Assembly: GCF_009914755.1 (NCBI RefSeq)
Contig: NC_060930.1
DNA length: 64,000 nt
Strand: one strand, 5' to 3'
Source: the human T2T-CHM13v2.0 reference genome, Homo sapiens
Under the pieces are notes generated by a model, which worked only from the letters and a program-made list of their open reading frames with translations, did no database searches and was not told the origin of the DNA. Of the stretch, positions 1-15,894 are shown piece by piece. Position numbers and translations under genes: made by a program. The first letter of the stretch is position 1. The number at the start of each line of letters is the position of its first letter.

Positions 1-648
1 TTTATATAGTGATTTAATCTTTAAATCACGTTGGGAGTTAGTGTTTATGCCATCAAGGCTATCATTGCTCAAAACATTTCAAAAATTACTAAGTGAAAGC
101 ATATTCAGAGCCATTTTATAAGTGACACAAGCAAAATAATTCTTATTTTTAATTCACACTTTTGTTTTCTGCTTATGTAGATCACCTATTTTTACTTTTG
201 GCATCTAGATGACATTTGGCCCATTCAAAAAGAATTAATTGTGCTGGGGAAAAGTCTTTAGGTTTGGGAGTGAGAAAGCCTGATTATAGCGGGAGGGATT
301 ACTAACTCTCCCTTTGATGATGGATTAGCATACCCCATCATGAGTAAGGATAGCGATGGTTTGAGCAAGACAGTTGACAAGCTTGATGTAATTGATCAAG
401 AACTCTGCACACAACAAGTAGATATTCATTCCTCTTAGGCAAATATGAAACATACACAAATATTGACTATTTACACAGTCACAAAAGAAGTTTTAAGAAC
501 CACTGAAGGGTGATTTGATTTGCATTACATTTTCTCACTGTAGTGCAATGAAATTAGAAGTCAACATAACTACTCTAAAGATAATGTGTTCTGGTTCCTA
601 GCCTCCAGAAGCTGGAGGAAGCAAGGAATAACAACTTGTTATTAATAG

Positions 649-1040
649 AGTCATGTGCTACATAATGATGTTTCTGCCAACAGTGGGCCACATATATGAT
701 GGTAATTCTGTGTAACTGTAATAGAGTTGAAGAATTCCTATAACCTAGTGATGTCACAGTTGTTGTGCTGTCATAGTGCAAATGCTTTACTCACAAGTTT
801 GTGATGATGCTGGTGTAAACAAACCTACTGCACTGCCAGTTGTATATAAGTGTAGCACATATAATTATGTACAGTGCATAATGCTTGATAATGACAACAA
901 ATGTCTATGTTACCGGTTTGTGGATTTACTATACTTTTAATCACCATTTTAGAGTGTACTGCTTCTACTTACTGTTTTTTAAAAGGTCACTGTAAAACAG
1001 CCTCAGTCAGTTCCTCCAGAAGGTATTCCAGAAGAAGACA
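649..1040. mobile_element. TcMar-Tigger DNA transposon fragment (Tigger3-like)
   Basis: Starts agtcatgtgctacataatgatgtttc..., resembling the Tigger3 terminal sequence cagtcatgcgccgcataacgacgtttc. Confidence 0.7.
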
Positions 1041-1642
1041 CAAAAGATGGATAGATGAGCAAAGTTAACCAGGTCACTCAGTCAAATAGAATAGAATAAC
1101 GTTCTCAAACAAAAGACTTACAGAGAGACGTAAGGAGAGCAACTTGCTATCTAGCTAGATGCGTTTATGGAAGTGCAGAGATGGAGGAGAAGTGAGCCAG
1201 GAGACGAGGCTGGAAGGTGAAGCAGACCTCACAGAACCAGTCAATGCCTACAAAAGGTCAATGGGTTTTGTATTCCTCTTGATTGAGCCTCAGAACAAAC
1301 ATTTTCCCTTTCTGTTTTCTGTCAACTAATTTAGTGCTATTAATACATTAATAAACTACTACTTAATCTGAAAAATGCTAAAAGTATTTTTTCAAATACA
1401 AGGGACATTCTCAAGCAATTGTGTAGTGGACTGCATAGTGGCTCCTCAAAAGATATGTCTATGTCCTAACTTCCAGAACCTGTGAACGTGACTTTATTTG
1501 AAAAAAAGATCTTTACAGGTGTAATTAAGTTAAGGATCTTAAGATGAGATACTCCTGGATGACCCAGGTGGGCCCTAAATCCAGTAAGTTTCCTTATGAG
1601 AGACAGAAGAGGAGAAAATAGACACACAGAAGAGAAGGCATG

Positions 1643-1993
1643 TGTCTTAGTCTGTTTTATGCTTCTCTAACAGAATATCTGAGACAGGGTAATTTATAAT
1701 GAATGAGAATGTATTTCTCATAGTTCTGGAGGTTGGTGGTCCACGATCAAGGTGCTGGCATCTGGTGAGGGCATTCTTCATGACTCAGGGAGGCAGGTGT
1801 CACATGGCAGAAGGGCAAAGAGAGAGCAAGAGGGGGTTCAAACTTGCCATTTTATCGCAACATTAATCCCACCCTTTGCAGTGGAGACCTCATGGCTTAA
1901 TCATGATTTAAAGGTCCCACCTCTTAATACTGTGATAATGGCAATGAAGTTTCAACATGAAGTTTTTAGAGGACAAACATTCAAACCATAGCA
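1643..1993 (-). mobile_element. MaLR solo LTR (MST family) nested in MLT1
   Basis: tgtcttagtc...caaaccatagca termini with an exact 5-bp TSD GCATG (1638-1642 / 1994-1998). Confidence 0.85.
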
Positions 1994-2174
1994 GCATGTG
2001 AAGATGGAGGCAGAGATTGGAATGGTATAGCCATAAGTCAAGGAATGCCTGGAGCTTCCAGAAGCTGGAGGAGGAAAGGAAGGATTCTCCTCCAGTGCCT
2101 TGAGAACGAGCACTGCCCTGCCAATTCCTGACTTCTTACCTTCAGATCTGTGAAATAATACATTTCTGTTGTTG

Positions 2175-2495
2175 ATTTGTTTGTTTGTTTGTGTGTTTGT
2201 TGTTGTTGTTTTTGAGACAGAGTTTCGCTCTTGTTACCCAGGCTGGAGTACAATGGCATGATCTCGGCTAACCACAACCTCCGCCTCCCAGGTTCAAGCG
2301 ATTCTCCTGCCTCAGCCTCCTGAGTAGCTGGGATTACAGGCATGCACCACCCTGCCCAGCTAATTTTGTATTTTGAATAGAGACGGGGTTTCTCCATGTT
2401 GGTCAGGCTGGTCTTGAACTCCCAACCTCAGGTGATCCACTGGCCTCAGCCTCCGAAAGTGCTGGGATTACAGGCATGAGCCACTGCACCCAGCC
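2175..2495 (-). mobile_element. AluSp-like SINE
   Basis: Full dimer, (TTTG)n-degenerate tail, TSD atttctgttgtt on both sides. Confidence 0.92.
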
Positions 2496-3189
2496 AAATT
2501 TCTGTTGTTTTAAGTCACCAAGCTTGTGGTAATTTGTCATGACAGCCACAAGAAGCAAATACAAGCAGCTGAGATGAAATGGAGTTCTATATACATTTTT
2601 TCTCTTGTGACACTAAAGAATGCCTAGATATTTATGCATCTAACTAGGTAATCGTGTTTGTCCCACTCATGCATGGCCAACAGCTACATAGAGGTGAATT
2701 ATATATAGCTCCTCTGCAGTTAAGTACACTGTAGCGCCTCTTTAATAATACCAGATCCTTGATTCAGAATGTCCTTTCCATTCCACATACTATAGTCCCA
2801 AACCCTAGATGAGGTCAGGATACACTGGCCTTATACTGACACTGTTGTAAAATGCATAGGAATTTAATCAATGTCCTATTATTATTATTTGTAATTTCCT
2901 CTTGGTCTTGGAATGTCCTACAGTTTTTGAAGATCCAGCTTCTGTACCACATTGTTATTAGGGAGAAATTATTTATTGTCTGCATCGCAAGCAGGCTTGC
3001 TTTGGAAGCACTTCGCGAACCTAAAAAATGTGATCTGTTGACCAGAACAATGAACAACTATGGTAATATAAGTAAGCAAAATTCACAAATAAACACCTCA
3101 TTGTGTCAAAGATTTGCACCTTCTTATCTTCAGAGCTCTTAGAAGAACTGCAGTCAGATGTAGTGGTTTGGGCATGGCTTGTTTGATTG

Positions 3190-3640
3190 TGTTATGGATT
3201 GAGCCGTGTCCCTACAGCCTTGCATGTTGAAGTCCTAACCCGTAGTACCTCAGAACATGACCTTATTTGGAATAGGGTTGTTGCAGATGTAATTGGTTTA
3301 GTTTGGATGAGGTCATTAGGGTAGGCTCTAATCCAGTATGACTGGTGTTCTTATAAAAAGAGGGAATTTGGACACAGAGATACCCACACAGGGAGAACAC
3401 TATGTGAAGATGAAGACAGAGATTGGGTGATGCTTCTACAAACCTAGAAATGTCAAAGTTTGCCAGCAAACCATCAGAAACTAGGAGAGGGGCATGGAAC
3501 AGATTCTCCCTCACAGCCCATTCCACCAATGCTCTTGTCTTGGGACTTCTAGTCTATGGCACTGTGAGACAATACATTTATGTTCTTTAAGCCACCCAGT
3601 TTATGGTACTTTGTTACAGTAACCCTAGCATACTAATAGT
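3190..3640 (+). mobile_element. MaLR solo LTR (MLT1B/C-like)
   Basis: tgttatgg start, gttgcagatgtaatt, ttaagccacccagtttatggtactttgttac...tactaata end. Confidence 0.85.
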
Positions 3641-4890
3641 TTGGCTATTCCCTATTAATTTGCTTGGAAGTTGTTCATGAGTACTAAGATAGCTCATGAA
3701 AATACAAAGCAAAAGACTGTATTTAAATTATATTTCAGGTAGTTTCATTGTAAATTATTTTGGAATTAACTATACTAAAAAGATTTTATAGTGCATATAT
3801 AATAATGAATTGAGTACATCATTATTTTACAGAGACATCATTGGTGAAGCTATTTATCCAAATTATTGTTTAAATGGGTCTTTTTTTTGCAAAAAATATT
3901 TCATAAATAATCTATCCCCTGACTCCTTGATTGGCTTCAGAAGTTTTTTGATATAGACATCGTCTCAAACCAAATTTAACGTCCCTTCTAGTTGGAGAAT
4001 TTTTAGTGGTTCGATTTAGAAATATTTTCTTAAAAATCCACAGATGGGGTCATACTATGCACAAGTTACTTCTGAAAATTGGTTAGTTTATAGTCCAAAA
4101 GTAATTAATATTTGCATTTAATTCAGTTTGGAATTCAGTAAATTTTAGTAACATTCCTTTGTGAAGTCAAGTCACTGGTTATAACAATGTTTTAACCATC
4201 AGTTGTTTATAATGCATTGTTTCATCTATATATAAGTCATGGGCATTGAGGAAGGAAAATGTACCTTCAGTGAACTTTGAAATTTAGTTCCTCAAAGGAG
4301 GGCTATTACTAGAAGTGAACAGAAGTAAAACAAAATAATAACTAAGTATACAGCTCATAAATGTTTAGATCTAGATAATTATGTTTAATTTCTGCTTTTG
4401 CTTACCATTTAAGATCAAACCTCTAGGTATCTTTTAATCTAGCTCTTTAGATTGTTAAAATGTTTTATGTGAAATGCACATTTAGTTTATAAGCAGCAAT
4501 TTAGTGTCCTGTTTCCATGAGACATTGATATTAAATAAAACACTAGAAAGAAGTAATCTAACTTTTTTCTCCTTTGTACAAGCCCCTCTTTGCACCTCAT
4601 GTGATGTTGCTTACTGGATATCAAAAAAGATTAGAAGCAGGGTGATTTCAGATCAAAGAAGAAGCATCTGCCTACCCCCAGGGTTTTTAAATATTTAAAT
4701 ATTTTTCTCGTTAAAAAAGTAACTCAACAGAACTCTAAATAAAATACAATTTTAAGGAACCAATGTATAGTCATTTTAAGCTATTGCCAGCAAACCACCA
4801 GAAGCGAGGTGAAAGGCAAGCTATTATATAATCACACTTTTTCCATTGTATTGAAAGTTAAATTCAGCTTATTTGCCAAAGAATGCTTCA

Positions 4891-5195
<305 letters not shown>

Positions 5196-5274
5196 TTATA
5201 TCACAGTTAGACTCAAATGACTCTTAATGACATTTATTTGGACTCATGTATATTTTAGGCTTTTTTTTTAGCAT

Positions 5275-5440
5275 AATTCATTGACTCTAAGATGTAATAC
5301 TTTTCACATTTTATCAGCTTTAAAGTCAGGATATGTATTATAATCAATGGTTTCTTACAAATATAATTGGCAACCATGTTTTGTTTTTCTTAGTGGTATG
5401 TAAAACAATGGTGTATCTTAAAATCAATCATGGCATCTTA
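5275..5440. mobile_element. MER104/Kanga-like DNA transposon fragment
   Basis: ttcattgactctaagatg...ttttcacatttt...ggcatcttag resembles the recalled MER104 consensus. Confidence 0.45.
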
Positions 5441-5504
5441 GGGTTTGTTTTTTTTTTTTGCCTTTTAAGTAATGTTTATTTTTCGTTTGCTTGTTTTTTC
5501 TGTT

Positions 5505-6132
5505 TTTTGATATTTTTAATTTTATGTCTGTAGGCTATTGGGGAACAGGTGGTGTTTGGTTACATGAGTAAGTTCTTTAGTGGTGATTTGTGAAATTTTG
5601 GTGCACCCATCACCTGAGCAGTATACACTGCACCCCATTTGTAGTCTTTTATCCCTCACCCCCTTCCCACCCACCCTGAGTCCCCAAAGTCAATTGTGTC
5701 ATTCTTATGCCTTTGCATCTTCATGAGTTAGTTCCCACTTATGAGTGAGAACATACAACTATGGAAAACAGTGTGGAGATTCCTTAAAGAACTAAAAGTA
5801 GATCTACTATTTGATCCAGCAACCCACTACTGGGCATCTACCCAGAGGAAAAGAAGTCGTTATACAAAAAAGATACTTGCACACAGATGTTTATAACAAC
5901 ACAATTCACAATTCCAAAAATATGGAGCCAGCCCAAATGCCCATCAATCAACGAGTGGAAAAGAAACTGTAATATATATATATATATGAATATATATGAA
6001 TATATATAGATGATGGAATACTACTCAGCCATGAAAAGGAGTGAGTTAATGGCATTCGCAGTGACCTGGTTGAGTTTGGAGACTATTATTCTAAGTGAAG
6101 TAACTCAGGAATGAAATGAAACATCATATGTT
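5505..6132 (-). mobile_element. L1PB-like 3' end with 5' inversion
   Basis: 5505-5757 is L1 3' UTR in minus orientation. 5758-6132 is the immediately upstream L1 segment in plus orientation. Confidence 0.85.
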
Positions 6133-7879
6133 ATTTGGTTTTTATAACAGGAGATATAGCTTGTTTATTTCAAGCCACACTCAGTGTTGGAAAATGCTGT
6201 TTCTTATTCTGTAGGTCCAGCATTCCCAAGCTAAAAGAAAGTTGTGTGGCGCTAAAGTGTTTGGCAAGGTTGTATTATTGATAGGTGAATTGCTCATAGG
6301 AAGAGAAAAATTTAAGTGACTATATTAAGAATGTTCTGGTATTTATAGTTCTCTGTCTTTTCCATTCTTGAGAATGTAATGTTCTTTGTGTTACTCTTTA
6401 AAGCAATGGAGAATAAATAAATTGTTTAGTAAGTCATGTTGACATTATTCCTTAAAAAATTGAAAGAGACTGTATGTCCCTTCCTCATAGAATACACAAA
6501 ACTAAATTACAGCTGAATTAAAGATTTACATCTAAAAGCACTTAAAAGTACCAGAAGAAAATATTTTTTAAAGTGTGTATTCATATCACTAGAGTGTGGA
6601 AGTCATTCCATAATATGACACTAATATCAAAATTTATAAAGAAATGATTGAAAGGATTGATTACCTCAAAATATATAACAATAGTCTATCAGAAAAGATG
6701 AAGCATAGATTTAAAAAAACTGGAGAAGAATAATTATGCAGAGATAAACGTGTCAGAAACAATAGAATACTTTTTTTAATATTTTACATCAAAATGTATA
6801 TTCTCCAGTCCTTAAACAGGCATTCAATGAGCATCTCTTATGTCTGAGGTCATAGGCTGGGTACAAGAGAGGTATAAATTAGACTCAAATGGGGCCCACA
6901 AAGAGCCCCAAATCTAGGGTTTTATTTTCATTGTTAGAGTGTCTATGTCTATGTCAGTAATTGGGATTATTTTTAAACTGAAAAACTCTATCCCACTTTA
7001 AAACTCCTAAATAGAACAAGCATTTATCTAACCTTAATATCATAGCATAACTCCTTAAAGTTTATTGACTTTAAAATAACTAAATTCAGTAGCTCTCAAA
7101 TATCCATAGTATGAGTGACAGACCTGTAAAATCTAATTGACTTTATTTGGCAGACACAGGCAAACACATACATGTATTTTAACATAATATGATGACTACT
7201 TAGACATAACCTGATCCTTCAAATATAACTGAAAAAAAGGTGCTCCATTTTGCATGATTTATTATTGAACTAGAGTTCCCTTTCCTAGGTACATGGAGCA
7301 AATAGAGAAGATAATTAGAATTCCACTTTTCTTGAAATGTCAAGAAGGGCAGGTGTACTCTGACCTCAGCTTTAAGTTTAACCAAATATATAGGGGGATT
7401 TGAGACTGCTCCACATGTTTCTCATGGAATTTCCCCCAAGCACTACTCTCTGAAGAGCCTGAAAAAGTATGTAAGAAAAGCCTTGTTCTCTCTTGACATG
7501 AAGTTATGCTCAGCCTGCTTATTATGCTAGAGCTTAGTGTCTGAATAGCAGAGAACGTTTTCTCATCCTTAGTTATGTTTGTTGTTCTAACATAACAGTC
7601 TTCTGATCACGATGATTCTCTATAATCAACATTTCTTAAGTGCCCAGTGAGGTAAGCCTTGCTTCTAAAGAATTTTAAAATGTATTTTTAGCAAGGCTCT
7701 AAAGATTAAGTCTTCACCTTGCTGTCAGCAGTTACATTTTTTTCTAAGGGGTAAAAAGCACAAACCAGAATTATGCTAGATCTCCATTAAGATATAAAAC
7801 ATTTTATGGTGCCGGGTTGCTGTTGACCTACATTGATAATTGGAAATATTACAACTTATTGCAAAGGTACTAAGTATTA

Positions 7880-8065
7880 TCTATTATAATATGTGTTTTG
7901 CATCCCTTTCTGTGATGTAGATAATATTAGTCCTATTTTGCAGATGAGGAAACCAAGACTCTGAAAGCTAAAAAGCTTGCTAAAGTCACGTGGCTAATGA
8001 GTAATAACAAGATTCAAAATCAAAACAACCTGACCCTGAAACCCTCCTGTTAACCAGTGACCTTT
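7880..8065 (-). mobile_element. MIR SINE
   Basis: MIR core cctattttgcagatgaggaaacc...aagcttgctaaagtcac. Confidence 0.75.
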
Positions 8066-8104
8066 TCTCCTCTCAAAATTCTGCAGTAAATGGAAACCAT
8101 TTCA

Positions 8105-8830
8105 CATGTGTTTATTCATTCACACCTACAGTGTGCCAGCTCCCAGTGTAGTCTAGGTATACTATCCATGGTGAAGAGGACAGCCTAGGTCGTTGCCCTC
8201 ATGGGCTTGCATTCCATTGAGACAGATACATTTCTCAGTGCTTAATTTAGTTAAGTGAGATGGGGGCAGGAAAGAAGAGAAAATAGAGAGACAGAGAATC
8301 ATGGGGTTTTGACTTTACACGGGAGTCAGGGAAGGCCTCCGTGAGGATTTGTTAGCTGAAAGGAAACCTTGGTTGAAGTGAGGGAGGAGGAAACCTTGCA
8401 GATATCTTGGGAGAAGAGCACCTGTACAGAAAGAACAGCAAGTGCACAGCCCCCTGTGCTGGGAATAGGCTTGTGTCTGAGAACCACAAAAAAAGCCAGT
8501 GTGGCTGGAAAGGGCAGGTAAGGGAGAGCATAAGGGGAAATGGGCACAGAGCTAGCCACAGCCAACTCAGGGAGGCGTTGTAGGCCCTGGTAAGGATTTA
8601 GGACTTTCTTTTGACTTCTGTGATAAGAAACCAGTGAAGGGTTGGGCTTGGGGAAGTTGCCCCTGGCTGTGTGGCCGCAGTGGAAATAAGGGAAGCAGGT
8701 AGGATCCTGCCGTGACCCGAGAGAGATGTATGGCTGCGACAGAGCCACAACAGTTGGGAACTGGTGGGTGATGACATTTGGGGTCTGTTTTGAGAATTCA
8801 GGGGATTTATCATCTCGTTGGTGGCAGGAA
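8105..8830 (-). mobile_element. L2 LINE fragment
   Basis: tttattcattca end, gtcagggaaggcctc, aagagcac...aacagcaagtgcacagccc motifs typical of the L2 3' region. Confidence 0.7.
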
Positions 8831-9434
8831 CAAAACTCATAGCAGCATAGTGCAAGAATACAGACAGCATCCTGTTAAGGACCGCAGTGTTTTCTGCAAC
8901 TTCTTCCATGTGTCTACTGCAAATTGTCTGAGAAGGGCAGGGCCTAGGAAACATGGTGGAAGTTTTGAGATAAAAATATTGCAGCCCATCTGCATTTCCC
9001 TGGGAGCTCAATTAGTCATCACTTTGCCTTATTAATTACTAAGCGTTCATCATAGTTCTAAATAGATTCCTCAAAAGAATTAAATTCAAAGGACAAAGGG
9101 GTAGAAAATGGATCTGACTGTCTCTGCACTGGGAGTCCCTGGGAGGGGGGGACGAGGAGGAACAGACCAAACAAAGCATGGCTGATAGAAAGGGAAGCCT
9201 GCGATGGGTGGGTTGAGTCAGGTAAGACAGAGAAGTTTGCTAAGGTGGAGTGGAAGGAAATCCTATCATTACTGTCGCTGCCCTCTGAGGTAGGAAGGAA
9301 TGAAGAGCCCGGGAGGTTTAAAGTGCTCTGAAGCACTGATACTGTAAATGTGGCATGCTAGCATAGGGGAAAGTGTAATTCAGACAGGCAGACTACTCTG
9401 TCTGCATTCCTACAACTGCTTCTCCTCCCCAGGA

Positions 9435-9748
9435 TGTGCACGTGTGTGTGTCTCTGTGTGTGTGTGGGCATGTGTCTCTGTGTGTGTCTGTGTATGTCTA
9501 TGTGTATATCTGTGTGTATACAAGTGTGTGTCTGTGTATGTGTCCATGTGTGTGTCTATGCATATGTGTCTATGTATGTTTGTGTGTGTGTGTGTCTGTC
9601 TGGGTCTATGTGTATGTCTATGTCTATGTATGTTTGTGTGTGTCTGTGTGTGTGTCTGTGTGTCTATGTGTATGACTGTTTCTATGTATGTCTCTGTGTG
9701 TCTCTGTGTGTGTCTGTGTGTCTATGTGCATGACTGTGTGTGTCTGCA
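9435..9748 (+). repeat. Degenerate (TG)n/(TGTGTC/TATG)n simple repeat
   Basis: About 310 nt of interrupted TG dinucleotides, directly visible. Confidence 0.97.
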
Positions 9749-10029
9749 TACACTCAAAATGCTTCTGTGGAATAAAGTCAATTAGATTTTGCCTTTCCAC
9801 ATGGCTTCTGTATGACCTGTGCTTGACCAACCATCAACCAAAGCCCACGGCTTTTCCTCTGAAAGGGATGCCACATTTTTGTGTGTGTCTGTTTGTAAAC
9901 AGTGACATTCAAGCACAAGGGTTAGGGATGGAGTGGATAAGGAGGGTGTGAAACAGCACAAATCAGAGAAAATTTAAGAGGTACAAGAAGAAGGTTTTTT
10001 GCCTTGGCTTTAAAATGCTGGTAAACACT

Positions 10030-12560
<2,531 letters not shown>

Positions 12561-12574
12561 TATATAATATATAT

Positions 12575-12766
12575 ATAAAAGAAAATGTGGATACACAGAG
12601 ACACCAGACATAGGCACTCACACAGAAAAGGCCATGTGAGGACATAGAGAAAAGGCAGCCACCTACAAACCCAGAAGAAAGGCCTCAGAAGAAACCAAAT
12701 CAACTGATGCCTTCATCTTGGATTTCTAGCCTCCAGCCTGAGAAATTAAAGTTCTGTTGTTTAAGC
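12575..12766 (+). mobile_element. MLT1B-like LTR 3' fragment (transduced with the L1)
   Basis: ggccatgtgaggaca...ggcctcagaagaaacc...cttggatttctagcctccag...attaaagttctgttgtttaagc, ending in A14. Confidence 0.8.
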
Positions 12767-15221
12767 AAAAAAAAAAAAAAGGCCGGTAAACACTGGTGAT
12801 TCTGCTTTATACTAAAAATGATGGCGGTGATGGGGGAACCGTTTACTAGGTACAACCACAAGATATTTGGTCAAAAAGGATTGAAAGCCACTACTTGCTT
12901 TCATTTCTTGAAATACATTTCTTTAAATACATACCATTTCTTGAAATACATTTATTAAGCACAGATGAGTGTTGTTTTGGTTTTTGTTTAGTGATTAAGT
13001 GTACAATCCCCAATAAAATATTTTGAAGTTTTTCCAAAGAAAAGAAACTCTGCCTGGCTGCATCAGCTAGACAAAGGTACCTGCGCTGCTGTTTGTTTGT
13101 TTGTTTGTTTGTTTGTTTTTCCCTGTATCTGCTGGAATATTTTAGCTGATGGACATTTGAGCTGGCATTACTTAAATGAGAATCTCTTCGAAGTGATGCA
13201 CGCTGTGTTTTTCCCTGTGAGACGTGTGAATGCCTTGTGGATATTTGTGAGTACACTTAAGTGTTTTTGTTTTCCACTATGCTAGGTCAGTTTTCAGATC
13301 TTATTAAAAAGCTCAGGGTTTCGGGAATCCGACTGTTCTGCAAATGCCTGCTGCTGTTGTTAAGTGGCCTGCACCATCCTTGAGTAGGCAAGAAGAGCTG
13401 AGATTTCACCAGAAACAGTGACATTCACACCCAGGGGCTGAAATAAGGCGGAATGCCCACCTGGAGATAAGTCTTGGCTGTCACACCTGGACCGCCTGCT
13501 CTGGTCATGTGTGTGTGTGATCTATAATAGGGTCACAGCTTTATGAAATTCAGTCACTTTGTAGCAGCCACTCTAAGGAGGATGATTCATGGTCCCTGTG
13601 CAGGCACTGCACCCAGCACCTTCTCAGGAACATTCACATTATTTGCAGCTGGATTGAGGCTGGAAGCTCCCTGGCAAGCAATAGAAAAGCACCAGGTGTT
13701 CCCAGCAGCGCTCTCTTTCACCCTTGCAAGCTGCAACTGGCAAGAGAATTGTACTTGATGGCACACGGTGTGATGGTTGCCTCACTGCCAGAGCATTTGT
13801 TCTGGATGCCTCTGTCCCCAGGTGTCTCAGAAGTAATCCTAATCATTGAACTTTGGCCCTCTGGAAACAAGGCCAGTCGCAAGACACGTCAGGAAGCAAT
13901 TTGTGCATCGAGACTCGAGCTGCTTTGGAGTTTCCCTCTGGATTTTAGTCAAGCTGTCACAAAGTTCATGACTTGGTTTTTCCACTCTTGTAAAATGAAG
14001 GCTGCTCTGACTCCTGCCTGCAATCTCCAGCTTATTGCCTTTAATACTTCCCTGTTGCTATTGCTAAACCCCTTACCTTATACAGACTGTGGAGATGGGC
14101 AAAGGAAAAAAATCTCCAAGCTTTTTGATATGGTGCTTTGAAGACACAGTTTACTAATGGCCTGAAAGAATTCATTGCAGCTTCCCACATGCAAAGTTTA
14201 TTTTCGGAGAGTAGTTTATATATGGAATAAATGGAATAGAATTGAGTCCAGAAATAAACTCTCACATTTTTAGAAAATTGGTTGTCAACAAGGATGCCAA
14301 GACAATTCAATGGGGAAAGAAATGTCTTATCAGCAAACAGTGCTAGGGCAACTAGATATCTATGTGAAGAAGAATAAAGTGAGAACTCTACCTTACATCA
14401 TATTAAAAAATTAACTCAAGATTGATCAAAGACCTAGATGTAAGAGCTAAAACTATAACAGGCTTAGAAGAAAACATAGGTGTAAATTTTCATGACCTTG
14501 AATTAGGCAATTATTTCTTTAAAATATGACACTAAAAGCACGAAAAACAAAAGAAACAATAATAATTTGGACATCATCAAACTAAAAATGTTGTGGCTCA
14601 AAGGACACCATCTATAAAGTGAAAAGACTACCCAGAGAATGGGAGGAAAGTTTTGTAATGTTGTATCTGAAAAGGGAAGTATCTATATAGAGAACAATTA
14701 CAATGCAATAATAAAAAGACAAATACTCCAATGTTCAAATGGGCAAAGGATTTGAAAAGACATTTCTCCAAAGAAGATATTCAGATATCTAATAAACACA
14801 TGAAAACATGCTCAGCATCATTAACCATCAGGGAAATACAAATCAAAACCACAAGAGACCACTTTATACCCATGGGAATGTCTATAATCAGAAAGACAGG
14901 TAATAACAAGTGTTTGCAAGGATTTGGAGAAATTGATGGTGGAAATTTAAAATGATATAGTCACTTTAGAAAACACTCTGGCAGTTCCTCAAACAATCAA
15001 TCATAGAGTTACCATATGAACAGCAATTCTACTTCTAGGTATATACCCAAAAAAATGAAAACATATATTCACCAGAAACTTGTTTATGAAGTGCAGAGCA
15101 GCATTATTCTTAACAGCCTAAAAGTGGAAACAACCCAAATGTTCATCAAACTGATGAATTCGTAAATAAAATATACTATATCCACTCAATAGAATATTAT
15201 TTGCCAATTAAAAAAAATAAA

Positions 15222-15518
15222 GGCTGGATACTGTGGCTCACACCTGTAATCTTGGCACTTTGGGAGACTGAGGTGGGAGGATCACTCGAGGCCTGGAGTT
15301 CAAGACCAGCCTGAGCAACATAGCAAGACTCCATCTCTACAAAAAGTAAAAAATTAGCCAAGCATGGTGGTGCACGCCTGTAGTCCTAGTGACTTGGGAG
15401 GCTGAGGTTGGAGGACTGCTTAAGCCCAGGAGTTCAAGGCTGCAGTGAGCAATGATCATGCCACCACACTCCCGCCTAGGTTGCAGAGCAAGACCTTGTC
15501 TCTACAAATAAACAAAAA
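15222..15518 (+). mobile_element. AluJ-like SINE
   Basis: AluJ diagnostics (ggaggatcact, ggagttcaaggctgcagtgagc, gaccttgtctc). Confidence 0.88.
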
Positions 15519-15570
15519 CTAAATGAAGTATTGATACATGCCACAACATGGACGACTCTTAAAAACATCA

Positions 15571-15894
<324 letters not shown>

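Larger units (their letters stand above)
1420..2563 (+). mobile_element. MaLR solo LTR (MLT1C/D-like), interrupted by an MST LTR and an Alu
   Basis: MLT1 motifs (gatgtaattaagttaagg-like, gaagatggaggcagagattgg, tttctgttgttttaag...aaataca) run continuously across two insertions. Confidence 0.8.

Noticed and set aside
12902-12953. Short tandem copies of catttcttgaaata
   Set aside because: Ordinary local slippage duplication with no spacer structure.
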